DNA of 63,362 bases, counting the filler, from Octopus bimaculoides (Eukaryota): NCBI RefSeq assembly GCF_001194135.2. It is 6 parts of 6 records of this genome, joined end to end, with 100 filler letters (N's around TTAATTAATTAA, not from the genome) between each part and the next. Parts side by side here need not be neighbours in the genome. Positions count along the whole stretch, not along the records: positions 1 to 16,274 come from NC_068985.1; positions 16,375 to 30,914 come from NC_068989.1; 4 more parts are not named here. One strand, given 5' to 3'. Below, in pieces: positions 14,558 through 27,461 of the stretch. Positions within the stretch are counted from its first letter, which is position 1; each line of letters begins with the position of its first letter. The translations under genes and the position numbers were made by a program. A model generated the notes under the pieces. The model was given only the letters and a program-made list of their open reading frames with translations, made no database searches and was not told the origin of the DNA.

Positions 14558-14794
14558 GGAAAACTGAAAGAGAGAAAAAAGGATCAAGACGAAAGACTAG
14601 AAATAGAAGGCGCACGAATACATAAATAACTTACAGTAAATAAAGCGAAGGGTGCGATGCGTTCCGTTAATTATTAAGTTAAAAACGTACAGTAAAAGCA
14701 GAAACGAAAAACAGCCACAACATGGCAAGTTAAAAAACATACTGAAACTGCACAGGGGAACGGAAAACAGAAGTGAAGTTCCCCAGCTCGTCAT

Positions 14795-14830
<36 letters not shown>

Positions 14831-14899
14831 CGTGTGGGTGTGTGTGTGTGTGTGTGTGTGTGCCCGCGCGCGTATTGTTGAAATTTACTGGAAAACGGA

Positions 14900-15050
14900 A
14901 GACGAAGCGAGGTGTATGAACAACAGGCAAGTGTATTAGCTTGATGCACGGGAAAGTGAGAACGTTTTTTTTACATTTAGAGCCTACGCTCTTCAGCAGA
15001 ATGGAATAAGAGAAAATAAACAGTGAGAGAATACAGAAACAAAGTTGTGG
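14900..15050 (-). mobile_element. Penelope-like remnant, family P2, hammerhead decayed
   Basis: Minus strand att-CTGCTGA-a-gagc-gtag-gctc-TAAAT-GTA; flanks match 35340-35420. Confidence 0.55.
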
Positions 15051-15078
15051 ATGTTGTGATCAATCATTATATGTATGT

Positions 15079-15125
<47 letters not shown>

Positions 15126-16318
15126 NNNNNNNNNNNNNNNNNNNGTGTGGGTGTGTGTGTGCGCGTGTGTGTGTGTTTGTGTGTGTGTGTTTGTGTGTGT
15201 GTGTGTCTGCGTGTGTGTGTCTGTGTCTGTGTTTGCATGTATGAGTGCGCATGTGCTTTACTATTATACACGGATAAACCATCAGTGGTGAGTCCATATA
15301 TGATGACGTTCCATATTCTCGATTAGAGACGCTGCGGACCCGTTTTAGCCTCATCGTGAATAAATTCCAGAATACGAAACAAGCGGCCCACTTTGACATA
15401 CGGTAACATTGTAAATAACGAAACCGATGATATCAATAGCGGTACCCTGCAGAGCGAAGATATTGGAGATAACAATATTAATCCTGTAAATTGTGTATAT
15501 GGAAAACAATATCTCTCTTCTACACTAAAACAGGTTACAGATTCCTTACTGCTACCACCGCTGCCACCACCTCTGGATTATCGTCATGCATTGTAGTGAT
15601 AAAATTGATGTCTGATCATGTGGAGAAACATTATGAGCCCTATGTCGTTTGTAGATTCAGAATTTAACGACACAGAATTAAATTATCTCTTGTGAGCAAG
15701 CGGTAGAGTGTAAAAGAAACTCACATAAATAAAAGGAGTTATAAACAATATGAAGGAGAAAAATTGACTTTATTGTATATCAGGAGTGCTATAAATAAAC
15801 CGTCCTGTATCTTTATCTTTGCAATGTTTGAAAATGAAGTGGGAATACTGAGCTGTGTAATCAGTGTATTGTTACATGAGAAAGATGCTATTTACATCGA
15901 AAGGATTAAACTAAAGCGATAGAAATACGGAAATTATAGTATACTAAACAAAGTTGTCAGCAGATAAAGCTTTCCTACAATTTACCAATAGAAAATATAG
16001 TGTCATATTAGTATTAATTCAAATCTATTAACAATCACGACTGTAAGACTTCTTTTCATTAAATATAAGAATTACTCGTTTCAGATGCAATGCTAAGGGA
16101 TTATATTGTTCTCTCTGTAGCTATACGGGAAAATATCATACACGTTTCTGTAAAAAGAACGCTTTAAAATTCTATTTAGGTGCACATTTTATGTAATTCT
16201 ATAAAGTAATGGCATTGGTTGTATAGATATCTATCGTCTTTTATATATATACACAGACATATGTATATATATATNNNNNNNNNNNNNNNNNNNNNNNNNN
16301 NNNNNNNNNNNNNNNNNN

Positions 16319-16330
16319 TTAATTAATTAA
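16319..16330. other. Scaffolding linker TTAATTAATTAA inside a 100-bp N gap (also at 30959, 38102, 48569, 59023)
   Basis: Identical 44N + TTAATTAATTAA + 44N pattern five times; the 12-mer places stop codons in all six frames. Confidence 0.9.
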
Positions 16331-16374
16331 NNNNNNNNNNNNNNNNNNNNNNNNNNNNNNNNNNNNNNNNNNNN

Positions 16375-16770
16375 TATATACGACGGGCTTCTTTCAGTTT
16401 CCGTCTACCAAATCCACTCACAAGGCCCGAGGCTATAGTAGAAGACACTTGCCCAAGATGCCACGCAGTGGGACTGAACCCGGGACCATGTGGCTGGTAA
16501 GCTAGCTACTTATCACACAGCCACTTCCATATATATGTTTGTGTTTGTGTGTTTGTGTGTTTGTGTGTCTGTGCTTGTCCCCACCACCATCGCTTGACAA
16601 CCGATGCTGGTGTATTTACGTCCCCGTAACTTAGCGGTTCGGCAAAAAGGGACCGATAGAATAAGTACTAGGCTTACAAAGAATAATTCCTCGGGTCGAT
16701 TTTCTCGTCTAAAGGCGGTGCTCCAGCATGGCCGCAGTCAAATGACTGAAACAAGTAAAAGAGTAGAGTA
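16375..16770. mobile_element. SINE family A with its 5' half (16381-16530) inverted relative to its 3' half (16531-16770)
   Basis: 16381-16530 is the reverse complement of the family A head; 16540-16770 is the family A 3' half in plus orientation. The two are contiguous through atatat with no gap at the junction. Confidence 0.88.
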
Positions 16771-18119
16771 TGCACTTACATACATATATATTCATGTTCT
16801 TATGTATGCACCTATGTAAACTTATTTTTTTAAAGTAATCAGAACCGTACTGAGTGAGTATACGATGCAGAGTCTACATCAGCCAACGTTACTTACGTGA
16901 TTGGCGAGAAGCTTTGCCGATCAATTAGTTATAGTAGGAAATAGGGATTGACACCTAATACATTCTAATTGTGTGTATGTATATATGTTGATATAGATAC
17001 TTATATTCGTGTAGTAGGGTTATTTGCTTATGTACGAATTTCTGCGTGATTTCTGTATACATATATGCGTGTATGTATGCGTGTGTGTGTGGTATGATTT
17101 GGTGTGGTGGTATGTGTGTGTGTATATATGTGTGTGTGTGTGTGTGTGTGCGTGTGTGTGTGTGAGGCTCGCGTGTCTGAGTGTGTATGTAGCCAGAACA
17201 TAGTACCACCCAATGCACAAATATAATGCTGTCGTAAATTTTGATAAGCGACATTTCTATTGTTCGGCCAATAAATAAATTTAAACAGTGTTAGTAGTAA
17301 AACATCCCGAGATACACTCCGAATAACATCTTTGTCTTCCTCTCTCTGCCAGCCTCTTTCTCCTCCTCTCTCTCCCCTTCTCTCTCTCACCATCTTTGAC
17401 TTCTTAATGCTCTTGATTACAAAGATATACTTGTTTCTTTTGTGTAATACAAGTAGCTGTCTCGATTAGATTTGCTTTGATATTTATAAACCAAACTATT
17501 CTAACACATTTCATTGCGGCGAACTTAACACCTTATTTTTAATAGCCGGCTTGGACATGTGTTTGGATATAATCCAGATAAAATCTGGGCGTAAATTCGT
17601 TATACAACTAGTAAATACACCATTCTGAAAATTCCAGCGATCTTCTCTGTCTGAAAATAACTAACTCGATTTAGCAAATTTATTTTAAAATAAGACTAAC
17701 GTATGCAATCAACTAGAGATAACTTATATTATGAGTTTTATTAAAAACCGAACATATTTTTGGTTAACTTACCTTCTTTTCATGATTGTTCTTAGTTCCA
17801 GATAAATGAGTTGCAGAAACTGCTTTGAATTTTACGATAGTTAATTTGTTCTGTATCCGATAGCTCTGTTTCTTGTTTAGCCTACAGGTCATTGCTCCTC
17901 GAGCTGGTATATCTTCAAAATGAGTTCTAACGATGACCTATTCGTCTATTTCTTTTTAGGAATAGTATGCTTCACACTACACTTTCTGATGTTTCTCTAC
18001 CATTTCATAAAGACTGTAGCGTATGATGTGGGAGAGATTTGACTGTTGTTTTTAGCATATAGAACGATTATGATGATGCTTCCTCCATTGACTTACAACC
18101 ACTCCAATTATTGTTGCTG

Positions 18120-18215
18120 TTGTTTTTTGTCTTGCTTGTTTAAATCAAAGTCAACCTTGATCGAGCAGACCTATGATCAAAGATGTTCCTGTCGTGACTA
18201 TCCTGTCTCCTTAGC
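18120..18215. mobile_element. Interspersed repeat family D fragment (SINE-like)
   Basis: gagcagacctatgatcaaagatgttcctgtcgtgactatcctgtc; related inverted or direct blocks at 20715-20770, 31290-31365, 47745-47790 and 51920-51970. Confidence 0.6.
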
Positions 18216-18984
18216 ATTATATGTCAAAGCGTGCACTGTCAGATATATCCGTCGATATATATAAGTTGGTGGATGTGATTTGATAGGGTTTGGGCCTGTT
18301 ATCGTGAAGGCACATGAGCCAGAGTTAAATCAGGCCCACTTGGCAGGTGGCCTTAACCCGACTGATGACATTCTACTGGAATAGCTTCAAGTTCTTGGCT
18401 GCAGAAAAACAAAAGCGAGGAGCGAATTCTAGAAGGCGATGTTCTGCGGAGAAAGGACTGAATGTTGCATTAAGTNNNNNNNNNNNNNNNNNNNNNNNNN
18501 NNNNNNNNNNNNNNNNNNNNNNNNNNNNNNNNNNNNNNNNNNNNNNNNNNNNNNNNNNNNNNNNNNNNNNNNNNNNNNNNNNNNNNNNNNNNNNNNNNNN
18601 NNNNNNNNNNNNNNNNNNNNTTCTACTGGAATAGCTTCAAGTTCTTGGCTGCAGAAAAACAAAAGCGAGGAGCGAATTCTAGAAGGCGATGTTCTGCGGA
18701 GAAAGGACTGAATGTTGCATTAAGTACATAGCCTTTTCGATAGAGGCATATTATAGACAGCAAACGGAAGAGCGACGTATGAGTTGACCAGTCAGTTCTG
18801 AGAAGAAAAGCCTATTGTTTTATGGTTCAAAATGAACCCACAGTATATATCTTTAGATCAGAGACTGTGCGAGCAACTTCATCGTGTTGATGTAGTTTAA
18901 GATGTTTGTGCATTTCGTAAGAGCACCCGCTGAAAGCGCCTTCAATCTCTAATTGAAAATGGTTCTCTAACTCCAGAATGATAG

Positions 18985-19027
<43 letters not shown>

Positions 19028-20419
19028 NNNNNNNNNNNNNNNNNNNNNNNNNNNNNNNNNNNNNNNNNNNNNNNNNNNNNNNNNNNNNNNNNNNNNNNNN
19101 NNNNNNNNNNNNNNNNNNNNNNNNNNNNNNNNNNNNNNNNNNNNNNNNNNNNNNNNNNNNNNNNNNNNNNNNNNNNNNNNNNNNNNNNNNNNNNTATATA
19201 TATATATATATATATATGTCACATGTATGTGGTTTGACACGGTATAATATGAAGAAAAAGATAATTAAATATGAATTGCAACCTTTGGCCTGTCTATATT
19301 CTTTCAATTTCGTCTCATTGTTTAGAGCTATACGCTATTAAATTGCATCTTTTGTCTATATCGTCATCCAGAATTGCCAAGAACAATTCGTTTTTAGATT
19401 AAGTTAAGCAGCACCGAAATATTACGTTTCATTATAGAAAGACATCGCTTAAAATGGTTTAATCAATATTATTCATTTTCATTGTTCATAAATGATTAGT
19501 ATGACGATATTAAGAAAATGTTAATCTGTCCTATTTATAAGGCTTGGAGATATATCTGTCTCCAGAAGGGTCAGATGCGAATAATAGTAATTGCAATATT
19601 TGCAGAAGACCTTGTTAACCTCAGCTCAGTTATTTATTTGAGTAAGAAGTTAACATTTATGAATATTTTTAATCAGTTTACTTCCTTTTTGTCATTATAT
19701 TCACTAGAGAAAAGCTTTTTCAACTTTCTAATTATGAACAAAATTAATCGACGCTTGCTACGGGTTGAAGATAAAGCCGAGTAATTTCCCAGGATAATTA
19801 TATCAATCTTTACATTTAGCCACTGCCAATATGTAACATTGCTTTTGTCATGATATATTTCTAACTTAGGATATGTTCAACTATGGAGATTGTATTGTCA
19901 TATAGATGGAACTGTTAGAAACAGTTATAGAATATCAGACCTAATCATTTGAGTTTCCGTGTTAAGATCTTATCTAAAAGTACTATATCTTCATGTCTGT
20001 AGTTGTAACGTTACCAGGGAGACTATAAAAGTAACTAGATCAACAGCAAATTTAGATAGCGAAATTAATGCAGACTTTTATTTCCGTCAAGGCGACTTTA
20101 CATTTTAAACTTCTGTAATAGAGTACCAGCAATATGCTTATTTGATTTATTACAATATAACTTCCTCTTACAAATTACGATGGTGCTCTTTTAGATTTTT
20201 AGAATATTAGATTTTTAGAGTTAATACAGCGGCTCAAATCTTTTCTTATCCATGTAGAAGCTAGAAAAAAAGCAGTACAGCCGTGACTTACAAGCGACTG
20301 TAACTTGGTAGCAAGTTCCACTGTTATGCTAATTGCTTTACGCATTCATACAGTATCCAGCAAATAGACTCCCACTTGACACTCCCATTTTTGACCGAAA
20401 GGGACATCGAGAATGTGAC

Positions 20420-20600
20420 AGCTATGGAGAGAGAGGAATCTACCCGCACGCAGCAATTAATCTATTTCAGTTGAATAGACTGGAGCAACGTGAAAGGAAG
20501 TGCTATACTGAAAGACACAACGCACCACCGGGACCAGGAATGAACTCAGGACCTTATGATCATGATGCCAAAACACTATCAACTAGATTACACAACACAC
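20420..20600 (-). mobile_element. SINE family C
   Basis: gactggagcaacgtgaaaggaagtgc...aaagacacaacgcaccaccgggaccaggaatgaactcaggacc...aacactatcaactag is the reverse complement of a tRNA-like head plus CORE-like block. Confidence 0.8.
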
Positions 20601-23279
20601 TCTTGAATAAAATTTTAAAATGTTGAAAATTTTCAGCACATCACATAGATCTTTGAACTATAAAGTTCTTACTTGACACTAACAGTTAATAAGTTAATTG
20701 TTGTTTAATCCGAAATCACTGATGGTCGACTATAATAAAAGTCATTCCAGCAATGACCATCCCATATTTTCCCCCAACAAAGTACATATATGACTATCAT
20801 AGATGTTCTTCCGTACGATGAGGTATTCCTACTCGTTGGGTATGCAGTTTTTGCTCAGTCACTAAAATGTCTCCCTGCGTAGTCTCTCGACTCAATATGC
20901 AATGATACTCCAAGATTTAACGTTAGCCCTAAAAAAAAAGAAATACCAGCTCGTCACTTTACTGGATATTTGTATAAAAAACACAAATTACAAATGCATA
21001 CGCATACACGAACACTCTTACGGACAAGCAACACTCGAATATACTCGTACACGGTGTGAACAATTTGCATTTAAAACGCAAGGAAGTCTCCATGTGTTTA
21101 CCAAATGCTGATGAAATAAATCAACAGCTGATGCAATGTCAAGAACGGAAAATAAACCCAAACAACAAAACATATATGTTAAAACAACCCATCTAGCAAC
21201 ATACATTCATGTTTTTTCACTCTCAATACTTTATTTTGTTACTGTATTTCTTACCTACCATCAAATACATTATCCTTCTAGTTATGTTTATTTTATAATA
21301 CCCTTCTTCTTATCTTATGTTCAATATACATCAGCCGTACAGCGTTTCTTGCTTATTTTGTTTTTGTTATCTTACATCTACTTACGTAAGGCTGGCTCGT
21401 GGAATTAAATAACACTTTTTACTTTGAAATCTTCCGCCTTCCCTATCTGAATTACTACTATGTTCTTTCTGAATTTATAGACTTCGAAAGTATCCATTAC
21501 GACAAATACTACTACTTCGTGTTCTAACATTTAACCATTGAGAATAACGAATACAGCGTTGAAAGCCTTGTGTGTGAAAAACGAGTTTCACATTTCAGAC
21601 TGCAGCTTAAACGGTTACATTGTATAAACGGACTCTGCATTAAATCTGTGATTTCACAACTAAGTAGCAATGTTACTGAGGAATGATAATACTTATATTG
21701 TAATATTTGTGTTATATCATACGCAGTCAATGCTTCCACTATATAATATTGTCAGATAGAGTTATATCATGAGTAATCAGACACACAGTGATATTGTGGA
21801 GTAGACAGATTATCAATGATCAAGATATTAATGGACCACCGAAGACGTACACAAAATTTAATATTAGAGAGAATAAGTTATAAGTTAGCTGGTGTAACAG
21901 TCTGTTTCAAAAGATATGTAACGTGTGAGGCTACCAAAACGCAATAACACATGAAAATAGCTTGTTGCCATCATAGTTTCATATGATAAACTGTTATAAC
22001 TGCATTTCATAACTCGATGTTATGAAATTATGATAAACAGCTATCGGGTTCAATATTGAAGTCAAAGAACTTTTTGGCCATTCAGTAAAGTATATAGTTA
22101 TTTATATTGCTTGTGATATGTTCAGCTTTATCAGGATAAAGAAGTTACCGTTTTCATTTGTGGAAATTATGACTGTGCGTCAAATTACTAACGTGAATTA
22201 TTTCAAGAAACAGTACATTTATTATAAATGTTTATCAAAATATAAAAGTGAAATAATACTTCAATTATGTTTTTATAGCGACTACGTCGTATAAACGGTT
22301 CGCGGAATTGCATAAATAATGAGATTCGAGATATAACTGAAAATCAACAGCCATATCACATCACGATTTGTAAAGTTCGTGCCGATAGACATGTGGAGAA
22401 TGAACAAAGAGAAAATTAAATATGCTTTAAAATATATTGAATTATTTCGCTTACCTTTTACCATTAAAGTTATGCTCATTTATAATGACTTTATATATGT
22501 GTGTGTTTGAATGTCTGTATACGCATATGAATATATATATATATGGAACAAAAACGCAATAGAAGACAATAAAACATTTGGGCAGATAGACGATAGTAAA
22601 GCGGAAAGAGAAATAGCAATTAGGACAGGCAAAAAAAGACGTGTCATTCGTGGCTTTCTTTCCTCAGTCAAGTATCAGAAGTCACGACCGTTTCGGGCAG
22701 GTACACTTGACTCGGTTCGATCTGGTTGCCCACACAAAAGTCTAAACTAAGAGCATTGCACCCCTTTGTAAGAAACCTAACGAATGTGTACGGCAACAAA
22801 GACAAAAAACGGAGAACATGGTACACAAAAAGACAAAAAACGGAAAACATGGTACACAATTATGAGTACAAACAACAAGAAAATAACAACAGGTGTCTTT
22901 CAACTGAGAACGAATCCGATTGAGCTGGCGTGTATGAAGCCTAAGAGGCGTTGGCGGTCGGCAGTCAGGCCAAGAAAGAAAGATCATGGCTGGCNNNNNN
23001 NNNNCAACAGGTGTCTTTCAACTGAGAACGAATCCGATTGAGCTGGCGTGTATGAAGCCTAAGAGGCGTTGGCGGTCGGCAGTCAGGCCAAGAAAGAAAG
23101 ATCATGGCTGGCTGGACACCGGTCATATGGGAGGAGGAGAGATAGGTAAGGGGCAACAGGATTAAAGGATTAGAAAAAAATCAGAGACAAAGAGAAAGGT
23201 ACAGGGGAGATAAAAAAGTGGGAAATAGTGGGAGTTATAGAAAGAGAGGGCCAAAAATGTGAGAGAGAGNNNNNNNNNN

Positions 23280-23321
<42 letters not shown>

Positions 23322-25016
23322 AGATATTTATATTTATATACATAAGTACACCCCACCCCCCACACACATGTTACTCAGGAGATTTGAAAAAAGTTTTGGT
23401 ATTACTTATTCATCATTACGACGACTGCAATTTTCGACTAAAACTGTTGAGTTACGGTATGACCGCAGTCCAATGACTGAATTCAGTAAAATGATAGTTT
23501 CTAATATAGGTATATAGCGCCACGGGAGTTAGTTTATTATTGTGACCTCAGTACCTAACATATACCTTATTTTATCGAACCCAATAGAAAGAAAGGCAAA
23601 GTGCATCTCGATAGCATTTGAACACGAAAAGTAAACGGACAGAAGAAAACGCAGGTCTAACCATTATTTAATACCAGAATGTACTGGTCAATGAACGGTA
23701 ATACAGGATTCAACAAAGCAACGACAACAACTATCTCCATATAAAAAAATATACTCTGAGACACACATGTTGATATCTTGAACTTTTAAAATTACAGTGT
23801 TGCAGCTGTCACGCTATCAACGATCATTGGATGACGTCATTGCAGTATGCTTTCAGCGTTCACAAATTCTAACTGGCTATTTTGAGAAGATTTACCAGTG
23901 AGATTCGACATGATAATTACTACATCGAAGACGCTTGGAGTAATTTCATTGTCAAATTTCAAGTTTTGAAGTGATAAACATATGGCGTTACGTGTATTGA
24001 ATACACAAACACTTTTATAAAATAAAATTATACAGTCGCTCTATCTTTCTCTCTTCCTCATTTTCTCTCTCTCTCTCTTTCTTCCCCCTTCTCTGATGTT
24101 CTCTCCTTTTCTATGTATGGGTATCTGTTTACATATCGGACTATCAATCCCTGCCGTTCTCACTATATATCGCTGTGCCAGATTCAGATTCTCTCTCAAT
24201 CTCTCTTTCTCGCTCGCTCACTCTCTCTCTCTCTGTGTATATATATATACATATACATATATATAATATATATANNNNNNNNNNNNNNNNNNNNNNNNNN
24301 NNNNNNNNNNNNNNNNNNNNNNNNNNNNNNNNNNNNNNNNNNNNNNNNNNNNNNNNNNNNNNNNNNNNNNNNNNNNNNNNNNNNNNNNNNNNNNNNNNNN
24401 NNNNNNNNNNNNNNNNNNNNNNNNNNNNNNNNNNNNNNNNNNNNNNNNNNNNNNNNNNNNNNNNNNNNNNNNNNNNNNNNNNNNNNNNNNNNNNNNNNNN
24501 NNNNNNNNNNNNNNNNNNNNNNNNNNNNNNNNNNNNNNNNNNNNNNNNNNNNNNNNNNNNNNNNNNNNNNNNNNNNNNNNNNNNNNNNNNNNNNNNNNNN
24601 NNNNNNNNNNNNNNNNNNNNNNNNNNNNNNNNNNNNNNNNNNNNNNNNNNNNNNNNNNNNNNNNNNNNNNNNNNNNNNNNNNNNNNNNNNNNNNNNNNNN
24701 NNNNNNNNNNNNNNNNNNNNNNNNNNNNNNNNNNNNNNNNNNNNNNNNNNNNNNNNNNNNNNNNNNNNNNNNNNNNNNNNNNNNNNNNNNNNNNNNNNNN
24801 NNNNNNNNNNNNNNNNNNNNNNNNNNNNNNNNNNNNNNNNNNNNNNNNNNNNNNNNNNNNNNNNNNNNNNNNNNNNNNNNNNNNNNNNNNNNNNNNNNNN
24901 NNNNNNNNNNNNNNNNNNNNNNNNNNNNNNNNNNNNNNNNNNNNNNNNNNNNNNNNNNNNNNNNNNNNNNNNNNNNNNNNNNNNNNNNNNNNNNNNNNNN
25001 NNNNNNNNNNNNAAGA

Positions 25017-25051
<35 letters not shown>

Positions 25052-25406
25052 AACATATGTGTATATGTGTGAGTATGTATGCATGTATGTGCGTTCGTAT
25101 GTATGTATGTATGAATACATACATTTATCCATATATGTGTGCATGTTTCCGTTCTGTCATGTTTGCGATCTCAGTTCAAATCCCACCTAGGTCCATCTCG
25201 CTTTTATGACCTTGATGTTATATTGTCTGACAAATAGTATCCATTGCCCCCCAGCAAGATGCATGTCAGACTTCTACAACTGTTCCATTCATGAGCTTAC
25301 GAAAACCATATTGTTATTCAGTTTAAAAAACTTTCAAATTCTATACTTGAACATCTAGAAGTTTATCCATTTTCAAGGTAATACTTTACTTTTGCCCAGG
25401 AAGATA

Positions 25407-25645
25407 CAGTAATCCCTCGACTATCGTGGGTATTAAATTCCAACCCCCACCCCCGCGGTAGATGAAAATCCGCGAAGTAGAAAAGTACTATACTGTATAT
25501 TTGTTATTATTATTTTTATAATTTGTATATATTTATTACATTACAAATGCAAAACAGTACCACTGGAGAATAGACGTAAGTTTAAAGAATAAACCGCGAT
25601 AGGTGAACCGCGATATGTGAACCGCGATATGGTGTGGGATTACTT
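25407..25645. mobile_element. pogo/Tigger-type MITE (TcMar)
   Basis: TA-cagtaatccctcgactatcgtgg at the left and ccgcgatatggtgtgggattactt at the right (imperfect TIRs); AT-rich interior; three subterminal aaccgcgata repeats at 25592-25630. Confidence 0.75.
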
Positions 25646-25807
25646 TCTTATATTTATCTCACTGTTGTATAAATACTCTGCTTCCGAAATATATATATGA
25701 TTCTCACATATGTGCATGCACAAAATTCACAAGCCCATACTACTCATACAGACACACGAGCGCGCGCATAATGTTAACTTCAACCTTTAGGAAACTGATG
25801 TGAATAT

Positions 25808-25850
25808 GCATCGCTGATGAGATCTAAATAGTTCGAAACCTGTCTGTTGC
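25808..25850 (+). ncRNA. Minimal type-I hammerhead ribozyme motif (near intact)
   Basis: Stem I gcatcg (25808-13)/tgttgc (25845-50); core CUGAUGA 25814-20; stem II gatc/gttc with loop taaata; GAAA 25835-38; short stem III C-cu-G; cleavage triplet GUC 25842-44. One mismatch each in stems I and II. Confidence 0.7.
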
Positions 25851-26407
25851 TCTCACAAATTGGATTTATTGACAAGACCTGCTCATTTTATTGTCCTTAT
25901 TTTTCAAATGTCTGAATTCACTGATATGTATGTAATTACCTCCCTGGCTTGGTATTTATAAATTGCAAGCAACACAAGAAGAAACTTTTATATTCCTATT
26001 CCAAAGAAAATTCGACCTAATCAGAGTTTCTAAGTACGCAATATTGCTTATGTGAAACTTTACTGAATATATATTTTGCATTCGGTTCGCTATACTAATG
26101 TATTTTCAGTTAACCATAATATTGACATTTAAATTCAGAATCTCTACTATCTTTTTATTTCCCCTCATATACAGACCAGTAACATATCATACAAAATTAG
26201 ACCCGATGTTTCAGCTGATAAGTCCTAAACAAATTCAAGCATGTCAACTTCTATCTGTGTCGGATTAATTTTAAAAATGGAAGCTAATATTGGCGAGATG
26301 ATCATTCTTGTTTCATGTCTGTTAAGTTCTAAACATTGCTAGGGTGAATTTTAATCGTCTAATTGCATGCATAATCTTAGTTAATCATCTTCCTATTTAA
26401 TTCACTA

Positions 26408-26449
<42 letters not shown>

Positions 26450-27161
26450 CACGCACATACATATATATATATATATACATACACGCACATATATATATAT
26501 ATATNNNNNNNNNNNNNNNNNNNNNNNNNNNNNNNNNNNNNNNNNNNNNNNNNNNNNNNNNNNNNNNNNNNNNNNNNNNNNNNNNNNNNNNNNNNNNNNN
26601 NNNNNNNNNNNNNNNNNNNNNNNNNNNNNNNNNNNNNNNNNNNNNNNNNNNNNNNNNNNNNNNNNNNNNNNNNNNNNNNNNNNNNNNNNNNNNNNNNNNN
26701 NNNNNNNNNNNNNNNNNNNNNNNNNNNNNNNNNNNNNNNNNNNNNNNNNNNNNNNNNNNNNNNNNNNNNNNNNNNNNNNNNNNNNNNNNNNNNNNNNNNN
26801 NNNNNNNNNNNNNNNNNNNNNNNNNNNNNNNNNNNNNNNNNNNNNNNNNNNNNNNNNNNNNNNNNNNNNNNNNNNNNNNNNNNNNNNNNNNNNNNNNNNN
26901 NNNNNNNNNNNNNNNNNNNNNNNNNNNNNNNNNNNNNNNNNNNNNNNNNNNNNNNNNNNNNNNNNNNNNNNNNNNNNNNNNNNNNNNNNNNNNNNNNNNN
27001 NNNNNNNNNNNNNNNNNNNNNNNNNNNNNNNNNNNNNNNNNNNNNNNNNNNNNNNNNNNNNNNNNNNNNNNNNNNNNNNNNNNNNNNNNNNNNNNNNNNN
27101 NNNNNNNNNNNNNNNNNNNNNNNNNNNNNNNNNNNNNNNNNNNNNNNNNNNNNNNNNNNNN

Positions 27162-27196
<35 letters not shown>

Positions 27197-27209
27197 CATA
27201 TATATATAT

Positions 27210-27345
27210 ACATACCAAATCCAATTACAAGGCTTTCGTCGGCCCCAGGATATAATAGAAGTCACTTGCCCAAGATGCCACACAGTGGGCCTGAACCCTG
27301 AGCCATGTGGTTGGACAGCAAGCTTCTTACCATACACCCACACCA
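27210..27345 (-). mobile_element. SINE family A, 5' half
   Basis: taccaaatccaattacaaggctttcgtcggcccc...cacttgcccaagatgccacacagtgggcctgaaccctgagccatgtggttgg...cttacc. Confidence 0.85.
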
Positions 27346-27461
27346 ATGTCTGTTTGTTACGCATGTATCTATGGACTCACGGATATATTGACAGAGACAT
27401 AAATAAACAGATAGCTATATCGATAAATAGAGAGTTAGACAGATAAATATGTAGCTAGGAA

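Noticed and set aside
18371-18725. Identical 105-bp direct repeat (18371-18475 / 18621-18725)
   Set aside because: The copies sit on either side of an N gap and end exactly at gap edges; most simply unmerged overlapping contig ends.
22655-22720. Minus-strand GAAACGGUC and CUGAGGA near an 8-bp inverted repeat
   Set aside because: Order and pairing do not give a valid type I, II or III hammerhead fold.
22887-23112. Identical 108-bp duplication across a 10-N gap
   Set aside because: Typical negative-gap artefact; 100% identity and gap-edge boundaries.
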